Source of the DNA: an uncultured virus (IMG/VR IMGVR_UViG_3300013105_000023)
Lineage: Duplodnaviria; Heunggongvirae; Uroviricota; Caudoviricetes
Direction: 5' to 3' (one strand)
IMG/VR virus record: IMGVR_UViG_3300013105_000023
DNA: 64,000 bases
The stretch's first letter is position 1. Each line of letters opens with the position of its first letter. A program made the translations under genes and the position numbers. The notes under the pieces are model-generated. The model saw nothing but the letters and a program-made list of their open reading frames with translations, made no database searches and was not told where the DNA came from. Below, one piece after another: positions 1 through 8,969 of the stretch.

Positions 1-22
1 AGCTTTCTTACCCAAGCATACT

Positions 23-163
23 GACTCTCTATATATCTTTAAAAAAGCCTTAGTAAGTAGTTTATAGTATAGGGGAACAGTTACACTATAAAGGGTGTCA
101 AAAGTGACGTACCAAACGTATCGGCGTACCAACTCACTGTAAACCCTTGTGGCATAAGGCTTT
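23..163. repeat. Non-coding origin-like element, copy 1
   Basis: Colinear with 31691-31831; the first 68 nt match with 1 mismatch. AT-rich core, AAAGCCTTA...TAAGGCTTT inverted repeat, and short CGTACCA/CGTATC repeats. Confidence 0.9.
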
Positions 164-230
164 TTGTTGGTACGTGGCTGGAACATTTGGCGTATCATTG
201 GTGTATCAAGGATCTTTTGCTAAAAAATAC

Positions 231-259
231 TTGCATGCTGATTTTCCTTGAGCTATTAT
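231..259 (+). promoter_or_regulatory. Host sigma-70-type promoter for HU
   Basis: TTGCAT-N17-TATTAT, upstream of the AGGAG RBS and the ATG at 294. Confidence 0.7.
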
Positions 260-293
260 CCTTCCATCGAATCTAATACAGGAGAACATCGAT

Positions 294-569
294 ATGAACA
301 AATCTGAACTGATTGCTAAAGTTGCCGAAGATCTGGAACTGCCAAAGACCCGTGTTGCTCAAGTTGCTAACGCACTGTTTGACTCAATCGTTGGTAAAGT
401 TGCTGAAGGCGAAACCGTTGGTATCACTGGTTTCGGTACTTTCTCAAGCCGTGATCGCGCTGAGCGTAACGGTCGCAACCCACAGACCGGCGACGCACTG
501 GTGATTGAAGCCCGCAAGGCTCCTCACTTCCGTAGCGGTCGTGGTTTCAAAGAAGCGGTTAACGGCTAA
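294..569 (+). CDS. hup: HU family histone-like DNA-binding protein
   Basis: MNKSELI start, GFGTF, and GRNPQTG arm motif; 91 aa. Confidence 0.95.
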   Translation: MNKSELIAKVAEDLELPKTRVAQVANALFDSIVGKVAEGETVGITGFGTFSSRDRAERNGRNPQTGDALVIEARKAPHFRSGRGFKEAVNG

Positions 570-587
570 AAGCTGGTTTCCTGCTGG

Positions 588-613
588 AAAGGGCTCCTTC
601 GGGAGCCCTTTTT
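588..613 (+). terminator. Intrinsic terminator, probably bidirectional
   Basis: AAAGGGCTCC-TTCG-GGAGCCCTTT-TT between convergent genes. Confidence 0.85.
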
Positions 614-615
614 GT

Positions 616-1398
616 TTATTTCATGCCGATCAAATCAGCGATACGCTCTTCGAACTTCTCAGAGAAATGCTCAGCGGTGAACATCGCTTGACGCAGGCGA
701 CGCGTGGTCTTACGACCTACCGTCTTCGCCATGTCCATCACGCCATCGGCACCGGCCGGCACGTTGTTCTTCGCAAAGTACAGACCGATTTCAGACTCGA
801 CCGTCTGAATCACAGTCAGTTCAACCGGGGTCATGTACGTCCAGCCAGACTTGCGGCGGACCGTGTTAGTTTGGATATCCACGTCTTCGGCATCCAGTGC
901 TTCAACCAGAATGTGCTTAACGACCTGCTCCATCACGTTCAGATGCTCAGGTGTCTCAGCTTGGCTTTCCAGCAGGTTGCTCAGGAAGTTGGTGCTCACC
1001 GCACCCAGACCCTGGACGTAATCTTCCAGAATGCCTTCGGTAGTAGAACGTGGGTTAACCGCATAGCCACGGGCCCAGTAGTTGTACAGGATGTCCACGC
1101 ACTCTAAGCGGTAGCGGGCCAGCTTCTCACGGAGATCTTCACGGACCTTTTTCGGATTGATCGAGAAGAGATAAGCGGGGATGGATTTCACCGGCATGAC
1201 CATCATTTCATACTGCTTGCCGTCTGCACCAGTTGAGGGCATATGTACACAGTTGAAGATTGGGTCTTGCAGTTTTTCGCGTTGAGTACTCCAATCCAAC
1301 CCGAGATTGTCTACCAAACGACGCATCGCAACGCCAGGTTGTCCGTTTTCCAATTCGACCACATCAATCATGTCGCCGTAGAATTCAATCTGTTTCAT
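616..1398 (-). CDS. P22 antirepressor N-terminal (P22_AR_N) domain protein, paralogue 1
   Basis: IEFYGD..VAMRRLVDNLGLDWSTQREKL..GADGKQYEMMVMP..YLFSINPKKV..YRLECVDILYNYW. GGAG RBS precedes the ATG at 1398. Confidence 0.85.
   Translation of the reverse strand: MKQIEFYGDMIDVVELENGQPGVAMRRLVDNLGLDWSTQREKLQDPIFNCVHMPSTGADGKQYEMMVMPVKSIPAYLFSINPKKVREDLREKLARYRLECVDILYNYWARGYAVNPRSTTEGILEDYVQGLGAVSTNFLSNLLESQAETPEHLNVMEQVVKHILVEALDAEDVDIQTNTVRRKSGWTYMTPVELTVIQTVESEIGLYFAKNNVPAGADGVMDMAKTVGRKTTRRLRQAMFTAEHFSEKFEERIADLIGMK
1234..1251. promoter_or_regulatory. Operator-like site inside the coding sequence
   Basis: TGAGGGCATATGTACACA; 1230-1251 matches 1433-1454 at 20 of 22 positions. Confidence 0.6.
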
Positions 1399-1411
1399 AA
1401 CTTGCTCCAAT

Positions 1412-1454
1412 TGTAGACATATGTCTACATTTCAGTTGAGGGCATATGCCCACA
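1412..1454. promoter_or_regulatory. Two tandem palindromic operators
   Basis: Perfect 18-bp palindrome TGTAGACATATGTCTACA (1412-1429) and TGAGGGCATATGCCCACA (1437-1454). They lie between a minus-strand TTGACG (1455-1460) and the RBS. Confidence 0.7.
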
Positions 1455-1509
1455 CGTCAATCAAAAAGGTTGGTAGAGAATGGGGCCACCCGAAGGCAGC
1501 CCCAGGGTA

Positions 1510-2286
1510 TTACACTTTTTCCAGCACTTCGAACGCACGGTCAGCGATCTTAGACAGCTCGTTTTCAATGCCTTCGTCCAGGTACTGCAGGACATGTTCA
1601 ACCGGTTGCTCTTCAGCGATCACGTGGTCGATCAGACGGACCGCAGAACGCTCCATGGCCGCCAGCAGGTAAGAGTCAACACCGAACACTTTGGTATCCA
1701 CCGGCTCGTTCTCTGCCTTCATCGGGCCACGACCCAGACGATCCCAGCAGAAGCAGATCAGGTGATGATACGTGTCGTCTTCATCCATTGTCACGCCGCC
1801 GGCACGGCCGTAATCACACAGACGCTTAACCGCTTCGACCAGCTGAGGGCGAGACAGTTTGCGAGCATCACGATATTTGGTGCTTTCGGTGTTGCCACGC
1901 TCCAGGCGGACGTTGATCGCCAGGCCTTTGTTCCAGTAGTCGTTCAGGACGTCGACGCACTCAGACTGGAAGAGTTCCAGACGGGCACGGGCTTCAGGGT
2001 TCAGAGCATCCGGGTTCATGGAGAACAGGAAAGCATGCAGCTTGGTCAGCGGCACCACGACTTCATCGTACTGGCCACCTTTGCCATCGCTGACACGCAG
2101 GTTCTTGGCGCCAAAGCGACGGTCGTTCTTCAGACGCTGATACTCATCGCCATAGTTCACGCCGATTGCTTCAACCAGACCGTGAATTGGAATCATCGGC
2201 TGGTCATGTTCATCCGGAACGACCTGGATGGTGAAGCCGAAAACGTTAACCTTATGGATATCTCTTAACAGGAAATGGGCAGACAT
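1510..2286 (-). CDS. P22_AR_N domain protein, paralogue 2
   Basis: LVEAIGVNYGDEYQRL..DGKGGQYDEVVVPLTKLHAFLFSMNP..FQSECVDVLNDYW. Confidence 0.8.
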   Translation of the reverse strand: MSAHFLLRDIHKVNVFGFTIQVVPDEHDQPMIPIHGLVEAIGVNYGDEYQRLKNDRRFGAKNLRVSDGKGGQYDEVVVPLTKLHAFLFSMNPDALNPEARARLELFQSECVDVLNDYWNKGLAINVRLERGNTESTKYRDARKLSRPQLVEAVKRLCDYGRAGGVTMDEDDTYHHLICFCWDRLGRGPMKAENEPVDTKVFGVDSYLLAAMERSAVRLIDHVIAEEQPVEHVLQYLDEGIENELSKIADRAFEVLEKV

Positions 2287-2336
2287 ATAAACTCCTTTGG
2301 GGAAAAGAAAGAGGGGACGTGGTCCCCAGCATGTTT

Positions 2337-2344
2337 CTTATACC
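2337..2344 (-). promoter_or_regulatory. Phage GGTATAAG promoter
   Basis: Recurrent intergenic motif upstream of a minus-strand gene. Confidence 0.65.
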
Positions 2345-2357
2345 GTCAGATTCGAAA

Positions 2358-3206
2358 TTATCGAACCTCGGTTGTGGACCATAACTGCACACCAGCCATC
2401 AAACCTTCCGCAATCTGGTGGAAAGCGGCGATGAGTTCGGCGTCGAGCATGGTGATGGATTGTGACGGTGAGGATTGACTGACGATGACTTCATTCATGT
2501 AGCGGGCGATGAAGTCTTCCGCCACGGCCAGACGGTACAGGTCGAACCCGTTCTTTGACTCTTCCGGTTTCATCACCAGGTTAGTGGGGAAGAATTCCAT
2601 CAGAAGCATGTACAGGCCTTGCTGCAGTTTTTTCTTGCTGTACGGCTCACCGACCCGCTCGGCGTAGTCGACAAACTGGTCCAGCACACGGTCGAGGTTC
2701 TGTCGGGCAACCCGCCACATGGAGCCGAGTTTGGCGAATTGGGAGTCGGCATTAGGGTTAATCGCGATGCCTTGCATCCAATAGGAGTGCAGAGCTGCCA
2801 CGCATTCACCCTGGTACTTCTCCAGATTCTCACGCAGGTTGACGCGTTCCTCACAGATTTCGCCGTTAGCGTCGATGACTTCCTGGTTGAACCAGAGTTC
2901 ATCCCGCTTGTCGATACGAATCGAGAAGAGCCACGCGTTAAGCTTACTCAGGGGTAGCACCACGTATTCACTCTCGGTGGCGCCGTCGTTGACAACAATG
3001 ATTTGAGCGAGGAACTTAAGTTCGAACTGTGCACGTTCCAACAATTCGTCGCGGAATGGATCAAGCCCAAGCTGGGAGATGAGGTCGTTGATGATAACGC
3101 CTTGCTCTTCCATTTCGGGGTACTTCACGGTGGGAATGAGACGGCCAATAAAATTGACCCACTGAATGTCTTCCGGGTAATAATGTTTCATGGTGTGTTC
3201 CTCCAT
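2358..3206 (-). CDS. P22_AR_N domain protein, paralogue 3
   Basis: LISQLGLD..VVLPLSKLNAWLFSI..LEKYQGECVAALHSYW..GIAINP. Confidence 0.75.
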   Translation of the reverse strand: MEEHTMKHYYPEDIQWVNFIGRLIPTVKYPEMEEQGVIINDLISQLGLDPFRDELLERAQFELKFLAQIIVVNDGATESEYVVLPLSKLNAWLFSIRIDKRDELWFNQEVIDANGEICEERVNLRENLEKYQGECVAALHSYWMQGIAINPNADSQFAKLGSMWRVARQNLDRVLDQFVDYAERVGEPYSKKKLQQGLYMLLMEFFPTNLVMKPEESKNGFDLYRLAVAEDFIARYMNEVIVSQSSPSQSITMLDAELIAAFHQIAEGLMAGVQLWSTTEVR

Positions 3207-3210
3207 GTTA

Positions 3211-3218
3211 CTTATACC
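3211..3218 (-). promoter_or_regulatory. Phage GGTATAAG promoter
   Basis: Recurrent motif. Confidence 0.65.
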
Positions 3219-3230
3219 CGGAAGATCTTT

Positions 3231-3416
3231 TTACGTTGACGCTTTCAAGGCAGGATAAACGTCTTCATACTGATCGATGGCCCTGGTGAGGTCGCCGAAG
3301 AAGCCGAGAGCGTTGCCTGCCGTGTCCCGCAGGTTCTCGAGCGCCCCGGGTTTCCCCAGAGCGGCTTCGAGTTGCCGCAACCGCAGGTAGATTTCCTGAT
3401 ACGTCTCCATGATCAA
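3231..3416 (-). CDS. Hypothetical protein
   Basis: Start overlaps the RtcB stop codon. Confidence 0.55.
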   Translation of the reverse strand: MIMETYQEIYLRLRQLEAALGKPGALENLRDTAGNALGFFGDLTRAIDQYEDVYPALKAST

Positions 3417-4558
3417 CCTTTCACGTTAATGAGCGGTTTGATGTAATGGATGATGTCGACCAGGTCTTCCTGCAGCTCCATCACTTTGAAGATGTCCTTA
3501 TAGGCGAACGGGGATTCGTCGACCGTGCTCTGGCCAACGGTTGCCGCAGGGATATCCTTCATCGCTTCCTGGAATTGCTCCAGCGTCACTTGCTCTTTCG
3601 CCTTACGACGGGACAGCACGCGGCCGGCACCGTGAGACGACGAGTTCATCGATTCCGGATTGCCGAGACCCCGCACGATGAAGCATCCATCACGCATGTT
3701 CCCAGGGATCACACCCATCATGCCCGGGTCCGCATGGGTTGCACCCTTACGGTGGATCCAGCGGCCGTTAACGTATTCGGCGTGATTGTGGTTCCGGTTA
3801 ATGAATTCGAGCGGCTGTAAGTTGTTCACACCGATCACCTGAGCGATCGCCCGCATGGTACGCTGAGCAATCAGCTGACGGTTCGCCAGAGCAAACTGTA
3901 AGCCGTACTCCAGGTTCATGATGTAGTCATTGGCTTCCGGTGTCCCCACCACTAACGCGTGGGCTTCTTCCGGCTTGCCGCCTTTGGCTGCGATCTTCAT
4001 GTAATCCGACGCGATGCCGTGACCGACAGAACGTGAACCGGAGTGGATGATGATCCACAGCTCGGACTGCTCGTCATAGCCGATCTCGACAAAGTGGTTA
4101 CCGCCACCCAGGGTGCCGAGGCACTGCGGACCGTAGCCCACGTGGTCAATCACGTCTTTGGTGAAACGAGCACCCAGGCCGTGAACAAACGGGCGGGCTT
4201 CTTCCGCCTGGCGGGCAGAGTTCTTGGTGAACCCGACCGGCACGTGCTGACGGATCGCTTCGTAAATTGCCTGCTCGTAACCTTCGATGTCACTGGCAGA
4301 GATATTCAGTTTGGTGGCCGACATGCCGCAGCCGATATCATAGCCTACGAACGACGGATAGATGGTGCCCACAGTTGCCACGACGGCACCGATTGGCAGG
4401 ACGTAACCGGTATGAGCGTCCGGCATCAACGCACCCTGGACCACGTCCGGGAGGGCCATACAATTGACAAACTGATCGATAGCGCCAGACTCCAGCACTT
4501 CCGCGTAGATTTTGTATGGCTTACCCAGGGCATCCAGTTTTTTGAGTTGCATTGTCAT
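3413..4558 (-). CDS. rtcB: RtcB family RNA ligase
   Basis: MPDAHTGY, DIGCG, GTLGGGNHFVE, HSGSR, HRKGAT and SHGAGR motifs. Confidence 0.95.
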   Translation of the reverse strand: MTMQLKKLDALGKPYKIYAEVLESGAIDQFVNCMALPDVVQGALMPDAHTGYVLPIGAVVATVGTIYPSFVGYDIGCGMSATKLNISASDIEGYEQAIYEAIRQHVPVGFTKNSARQAEEARPFVHGLGARFTKDVIDHVGYGPQCLGTLGGGNHFVEIGYDEQSELWIIIHSGSRSVGHGIASDYMKIAAKGGKPEEAHALVVGTPEANDYIMNLEYGLQFALANRQLIAQRTMRAIAQVIGVNNLQPLEFINRNHNHAEYVNGRWIHRKGATHADPGMMGVIPGNMRDGCFIVRGLGNPESMNSSSHGAGRVLSRRKAKEQVTLEQFQEAMKDIPAATVGQSTVDESPFAYKDIFKVMELQEDLVDIIHYIKPLINVKG

Positions 4559-4630
4559 ATCCTCTATTTGATTGAGCTGCGAGCATAACTCATTATTGGC
4601 TAAAAAGGAAGCGTCGCTTCCCTTTAGTTG

Positions 4631-5239
4631 TTACCGTAACTGATTAGTCTGAAGCCACGCGGCGTCATGACTTTGGTTGGAGTCGTAGAGAGCGAACTCA
4701 ATCTCCATCTCTTTGTGGAATTCAAAGCCGTGGCCAGCCAGGACTTCACGCAGAGCCACTGTCTGAGAATGGAAGGAGGTTGCAGTCGTGTGGTATTTAC
4801 GAAGGGTCGCCATCCGGATTTCCCGACCGTTCAGGTACTTCTTGAACGCATTCCGGGAGACGTGAAAGTCCAGACGTCGGGAGAGATCACGAAGCTCATC
4901 CACCTGCCGGTCCGTGCACAGCACTTGAATGTGAGACTCGAAGTACTGATTCGGAAGCGGTGTCGCTGCCCACGGGTGCTGCAGTGACGTCTCAAGCTTG
5001 GAGCGAATAACTCGGAAGCCAACAGCTTGCAGGGCAGTGATCTGCTTGTTCATTTCCTTGACGGCTTCGTTCTGGTTTTCGCTCATCATCCGGTAGGACG
5101 ACATCACGTCAACCAGCGGTTCAGCGTCAATCACGATCGCCTTCGCGTTGAATGACGCACAGACCGATTGGAACTTCTCGAGCTCATCCGTACGGTTCGG
5201 ATCCAGCGGTATCGTCAAGTGGATTTCGTAAGGGATCAT
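4631..5239 (-). CDS. Hypothetical protein with His-containing motifs
   Basis: YEIHLT, YFESHI, FHVSRNAFK, EFALYDSN..HD..W; 202 aa within the operon. Confidence 0.7.
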   Translation of the reverse strand: MIPYEIHLTIPLDPNRTDELEKFQSVCASFNAKAIVIDAEPLVDVMSSYRMMSENQNEAVKEMNKQITALQAVGFRVIRSKLETSLQHPWAATPLPNQYFESHIQVLCTDRQVDELRDLSRRLDFHVSRNAFKKYLNGREIRMATLRKYHTTATSFHSQTVALREVLAGHGFEFHKEMEIEFALYDSNQSHDAAWLQTNQLR

Positions 5240-5484
5240 ACGAGTTCTACCTTTACATCAATCAAGTTGACTTCAACCGCACGGACGGACGTGTCGATAC
5301 TCATGACCTCTAACTGGAGGTCATCCAGATTAAGGACGCGAACCTCAAAGTTATCAAGGTAGCCAACAAGACGAAAAACCGTTTGACCATTGTCATTAAG
5401 CCGAAAGTGGGTTCCACACGATAGTTGGCGAAGGAGAACCGGTCGATCGGCGCCTTCGATGTACTGCGTGTTGATCTGGGTCAT
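5236..5484 (-). CDS. Small beta-rich hypothetical protein
   Basis: Coupled ORF that resembles the adjacent 5481-5735. Confidence 0.6.
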   Translation of the reverse strand: MTQINTQYIEGADRPVLLRQLSCGTHFRLNDNGQTVFRLVGYLDNFEVRVLNLDDLQLEVMSIDTSVRAVEVNLIDVKVELV

Positions 5485-5735
5485 TGAGTATCCACCTCGA
5501 TGCGAACGGATTTGAGGGTAACTGGCCGGACAATCTGGTTTGTTGGCGGGAACGTGGCAGTCAGGTCCTCCATTACGAGTGCCGTAGCAAAATCACTCTG
5601 CCCGTGCCTCTCACAAGGGTTGACCAAGAGACGGTACAGCTGGTCACCTATTGTGTAAAAACTACCTTCGGGTAAATCCCCGAGTTCACGCTGAACTACA
5701 TTGCCATTATTTACAGCTAAATGAATATTGGTCAT
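5481..5735 (-). CDS. Small beta-rich hypothetical protein
   Basis: AGGAG RBS before MTNIHL. Confidence 0.6.
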   Translation of the reverse strand: MTNIHLAVNNGNVVQRELGDLPEGSFYTIGDQLYRLLVNPCERHGQSDFATALVMEDLTATFPPTNQIVRPVTLKSVRIEVDTQ

Positions 5736-5764
5736 ATTCACTCCTTTAGGGCCCGAAGGCCCTG

Positions 5765-6460
5765 TTAGAAATTCCACGGCACGATGTGCTTCTCGATGCC
5801 TTCCCGAATGTACTGCATTGCTGTGTCAAAGTCTTGCCCATTCTCCACGCAGAAGACGACGACATCCGTGCACAGAGTGAGTGCAAGGTTGATCATGTCT
5901 AACTGACGGGCGTCGAGGTTGTCTATCGGGGTCATAGCCCCAAAGTTCACCTCTCGTAAACACAACTGGATAATCTCGGTAGCGTCACCGTCCAGTGCCT
6001 TTACGACTTGCCCCAATTGGTAGCGATTGTGGTTAACCAGCAGTCGTCTCCAATCGAGTGCATGCTGCGACGCCTGACTCTTCTCTAAGCGGGACCAGTG
6101 ACGGTCGGCTTCCACCATGAAACGCTGACGGTACTCGGCAAGGTTACCGGCGACGTCGGCCTTCAGGGTTTGGATAGGGATTGAGTACAGGTAGTCGTTA
6201 ATGTTGGCCAACGGGATGAACAGAGAGTTCTGCTTAATCCCGCCGTTGTAAGAAAAGTCCTTGGAGATTTGTAGCGCTCTCACCAAGACCTCATCCCCGC
6301 TCAGTCGGTCACTCTCCGCAAGCAGCGGCAGACCGATTTGTTCCATCAAGCTTCGCATGTCCACGAAGACCATCTCCCCGGTTTCATCCAGGAAGGTGGA
6401 CACACCGGGACCGCTGTCAAGACTGACGTACTCGGCCCGGCGGAAAGTTAACGATTTCAT
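5765..6460 (-). CDS. Divergent P22_AR_N domain protein, paralogue 4
   Basis: VDMRSLMEQIGL..IPLANINDYLYSI..LAEYRQRF..HW. Confidence 0.65.
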   Translation of the reverse strand: MKSLTFRRAEYVSLDSGPGVSTFLDETGEMVFVDMRSLMEQIGLPLLAESDRLSGDEVLVRALQISKDFSYNGGIKQNSLFIPLANINDYLYSIPIQTLKADVAGNLAEYRQRFMVEADRHWSRLEKSQASQHALDWRRLLVNHNRYQLGQVVKALDGDATEIIQLCLREVNFGAMTPIDNLDARQLDMINLALTLCTDVVVFCVENGQDFDTAMQYIREGIEKHIVPWNF

Positions 6461-6462
6461 GC

Positions 6463-6831
6463 TTACGCCTTAGGAAGACAAATGTTGACGAATTGGCGAC
6501 CTTCCAGAGCCTTGAAGCGTGGGTACATACGCTCGAGCATCTTGTCACAGGATTTCTCATCCGGTGTCTCGATGACGATATCATGGTACAGGGGCTCCGT
6601 GGTATTTTCTTTCATGCCCAGGGCGATGATACCCCATTCACCGTTGAGCTTAGCCGGCTGGCTGACTAAGCGGCCAGGAGCACACTCGAGGGTGACAGTG
6701 TAATTGCCGGTGGTGCTGTAAATGGCACGTGCTTTAGCGGTTTCACATGCGGACTCATTGCCATAGGCATAATCCATTTCGATCGGGGGTTGTGAACCTA
6801 ACGCAACTGTAAGTACGAGTGCGGTAATCAT
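6463..6831 (-). CDS. Exported hypothetical protein
   Basis: Hydrophobic signal-like N-terminus and 4 Cys. Confidence 0.6.
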   Translation of the reverse strand: MITALVLTVALGSQPPIEMDYAYGNESACETAKARAIYSTTGNYTVTLECAPGRLVSQPAKLNGEWGIIALGMKENTTEPLYHDIVIETPDEKSCDKMLERMYPRFKALEGRQFVNICLPKA

Positions 6832-6851
6832 GATGTTTCTCCTTAAAGGGT

Positions 6852-6871
6852 GGTTACACCTTACTTATACC
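6852..6871 (-). promoter_or_regulatory. Phage GGTATAAG promoter
   Basis: GGTATAAGTAAGGTGTAACC, identical to 20174-20193. Confidence 0.75.
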
Positions 6872-7695
6872 ACTACAATGCGATCCTCGAGAATCTCAAT
6901 GTAATGATTCCCAAAGCCTTTCACCAAAACCTCACCCGGGTAGCCATGAGGGTTTGACACCACGCGACAGATCTTGTCGTTGATCTCAATTTCATAGTTC
7001 GCCCGCTCATGGATATGGCCATGGATCCATACGTCAGGTTCGATACGCTCGTCCCGCAGCCAGTCGTCCAATGCACTGGCATACGCGGCATTGACTTTGG
7101 CAGTTTCCGTATAGGAAGGTTTGCGATACTCCTTCCCGATCGACAAGAACGTCGGAGCGTGATGAGTCATGACAATAAATCGCCACCCTTTCGGTAAAGA
7201 CCGAGCAGCTTTCTTCAGGGAAACACGGGCTTGGTAGTGGAAAGCTCTCGTGTCTTCCGGGTTGAGGAACATGTCGATACCCACCGGACGCTGATACAGG
7301 ATGGACTTGTAGTCATTCATGCGGCGTTCAGCGGCCTTCATGCACTCTGGGTCATCATGAAAGTTCGTCCACATGATGTCACCCCAAATACGGGTTTTCT
7401 CCAGATGGAGATCCATGTAGTCTTGGTTCATCGAGTTAACCCCGTTGATGTCTGCCAAGCCTTCGAGCACACGGCCGTACTCCCCTCCGTAGAATTCATG
7501 GTTACCGGGGATATGAAGAACCAGGCCTTTGTCCGCTGCCAGTTCCAAAATGGTGCGGGTATGTGGGTGTCGCCACTCCCCGACGTCACCGGCGAACAGG
7601 AACCCATCGTACTTCGTCATGTCAATCTTGCTGGTGAAAGGTTTGATATTGTCCCAAAAATCGGCGTGTAGATCCGAGCCGTACCACAGTTTCAT
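6865..7695 (-). CDS. Calcineurin-like metallophosphoesterase
   Basis: SDLH, AGD, PGNHE, THHAP and HGHIH motifs. Confidence 0.9.
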   Translation of the reverse strand: MKLWYGSDLHADFWDNIKPFTSKIDMTKYDGFLFAGDVGEWRHPHTRTILELAADKGLVLHIPGNHEFYGGEYGRVLEGLADINGVNSMNQDYMDLHLEKTRIWGDIMWTNFHDDPECMKAAERRMNDYKSILYQRPVGIDMFLNPEDTRAFHYQARVSLKKAARSLPKGWRFIVMTHHAPTFLSIGKEYRKPSYTETAKVNAAYASALDDWLRDERIEPDVWIHGHIHERANYEIEINDKICRVVSNPHGYPGEVLVKGFGNHYIEILEDRIVVV

Positions 7696-7737
7696 ATTGT
7701 CTCCCAAAAAATAAACGGGGAGTTACCTCCCCGCTTG

Positions 7738-8328
7738 TCATGCAGTCATCAGTGATGCACCGATGGACTGTCTCAGATTGAACATCTGGCTTACGTACGC
7801 TTCCGGTACCGGACGGCCACGGGTGGCATCCAGAGCGGAGTCGAGCATCATGCAAACACGCGGTTCAATCAGTGCACGGTAGCGTGGGTCGATTTCCAGC
7901 ATCATAACCTTAACGACCCAGTTAGGGCTGGTTACCAACACTGCTGCTACGTCCACCAAATCGCTTGATACACCGGGGAACTTACGTTCACCCATGAACA
8001 TGCGGCGGCCGAGATCGATGATCGTCTCGTGGTCTTCCAGATAGGCCAGGTAGAAACCGGTGGTAGCCGGACCTTCCTGACGGATGAACTCCCTGTCTTC
8101 ACGGGAAAGCCGTGCGAAGTGAGACTCTACAGTTGCCATTGCATTACGGAAACGCAGCGCCTCAAACGGGCGGAGCGAATCCAACAGATAAGCTACGGAC
8201 TTCTCAAGATAGAGACCCTCCCGACGCAGCTTCGAAACCAATCGGAACGGCTTGTTACTTTCGATGCGTCTTTGGGCCCATTCAAGGACTTCGAGAACAC
8301 TTAACGCTTTGGAGTAAATGTCGTACAT
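7738..8328 (-). CDS. Hypothetical protein
   Basis: 196-aa ORF in the operon. Confidence 0.65.
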   Translation of the reverse strand: MYDIYSKALSVLEVLEWAQRRIESNKPFRLVSKLRREGLYLEKSVAYLLDSLRPFEALRFRNAMATVESHFARLSREDREFIRQEGPATTGFYLAYLEDHETIIDLGRRMFMGERKFPGVSSDLVDVAAVLVTSPNWVVKVMMLEIDPRYRALIEPRVCMMLDSALDATRGRPVPEAYVSQMFNLRQSIGASLMTA

Positions 8329-8330
8329 GG

Positions 8331-8969
8331 TTAATACCTCTCAGAAAATTCATTTATGTTGTTGGCCAGATTGTCGACTGCATACGTCATTGCGATGGCA
8401 ACCCCTGAGTACAGTTCCTGCAGCTTAAACATCACCGCAGGTATCACTCGATCCAGTTCGATATCCATCTCGCTGTTCAAGTAGGAAAGCAGAAGACCGG
8501 CGAAGGTCATCTGTACTGTCGTCAGAATGTTGAGCTCCCACTGAGTAAGGTCACTCCACTCAACATTTCGTTCCAAACCAATGACTTGCATGAAGTGCGT
8601 GTGGATATAGTCCAGAGTCAGGGCATACTCCTCACCCGTCTTAAGGAAGTAGTAACGCTCAAAGATGACAAGCGCCGTGTCGACGACTTTCATCGACTCC
8701 CGGTTAGAAGCTCTAGACGGCCCTTCAGGGAGTTTTGACCTTGAATCGAACCAACCGTACCAGTCGGTCAGGATCTCTTCGTAGAGAGTCGCGTAGGAGC
8801 TCTCAAGGCCATTTCTATCGAGGAACCCTGGTAAGTCCTCGAGGTTAATTACGGGGATCCGCTGGTAGTGCCTGACGGCCGGATCGTCTTGGGGTAAGTT
8901 AGCGGCGAGCACCCACTTCTCGCCACTTGCATCGAGAAACGAGTGCCGCATGTGGGCAATCGGTGTCAT
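8331..8969 (-). CDS. Hypothetical protein, possibly a distant relative of the antirepressor-like paralogues
   Basis: INLEDLPGFL and a helical C-terminus resembling its neighbours. Confidence 0.6.
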   Translation of the reverse strand: MTPIAHMRHSFLDASGEKWVLAANLPQDDPAVRHYQRIPVINLEDLPGFLDRNGLESSYATLYEEILTDWYGWFDSRSKLPEGPSRASNRESMKVVDTALVIFERYYFLKTGEEYALTLDYIHTHFMQVIGLERNVEWSDLTQWELNILTTVQMTFAGLLLSYLNSEMDIELDRVIPAVMFKLQELYSGVAIAMTYAVDNLANNINEFSERY

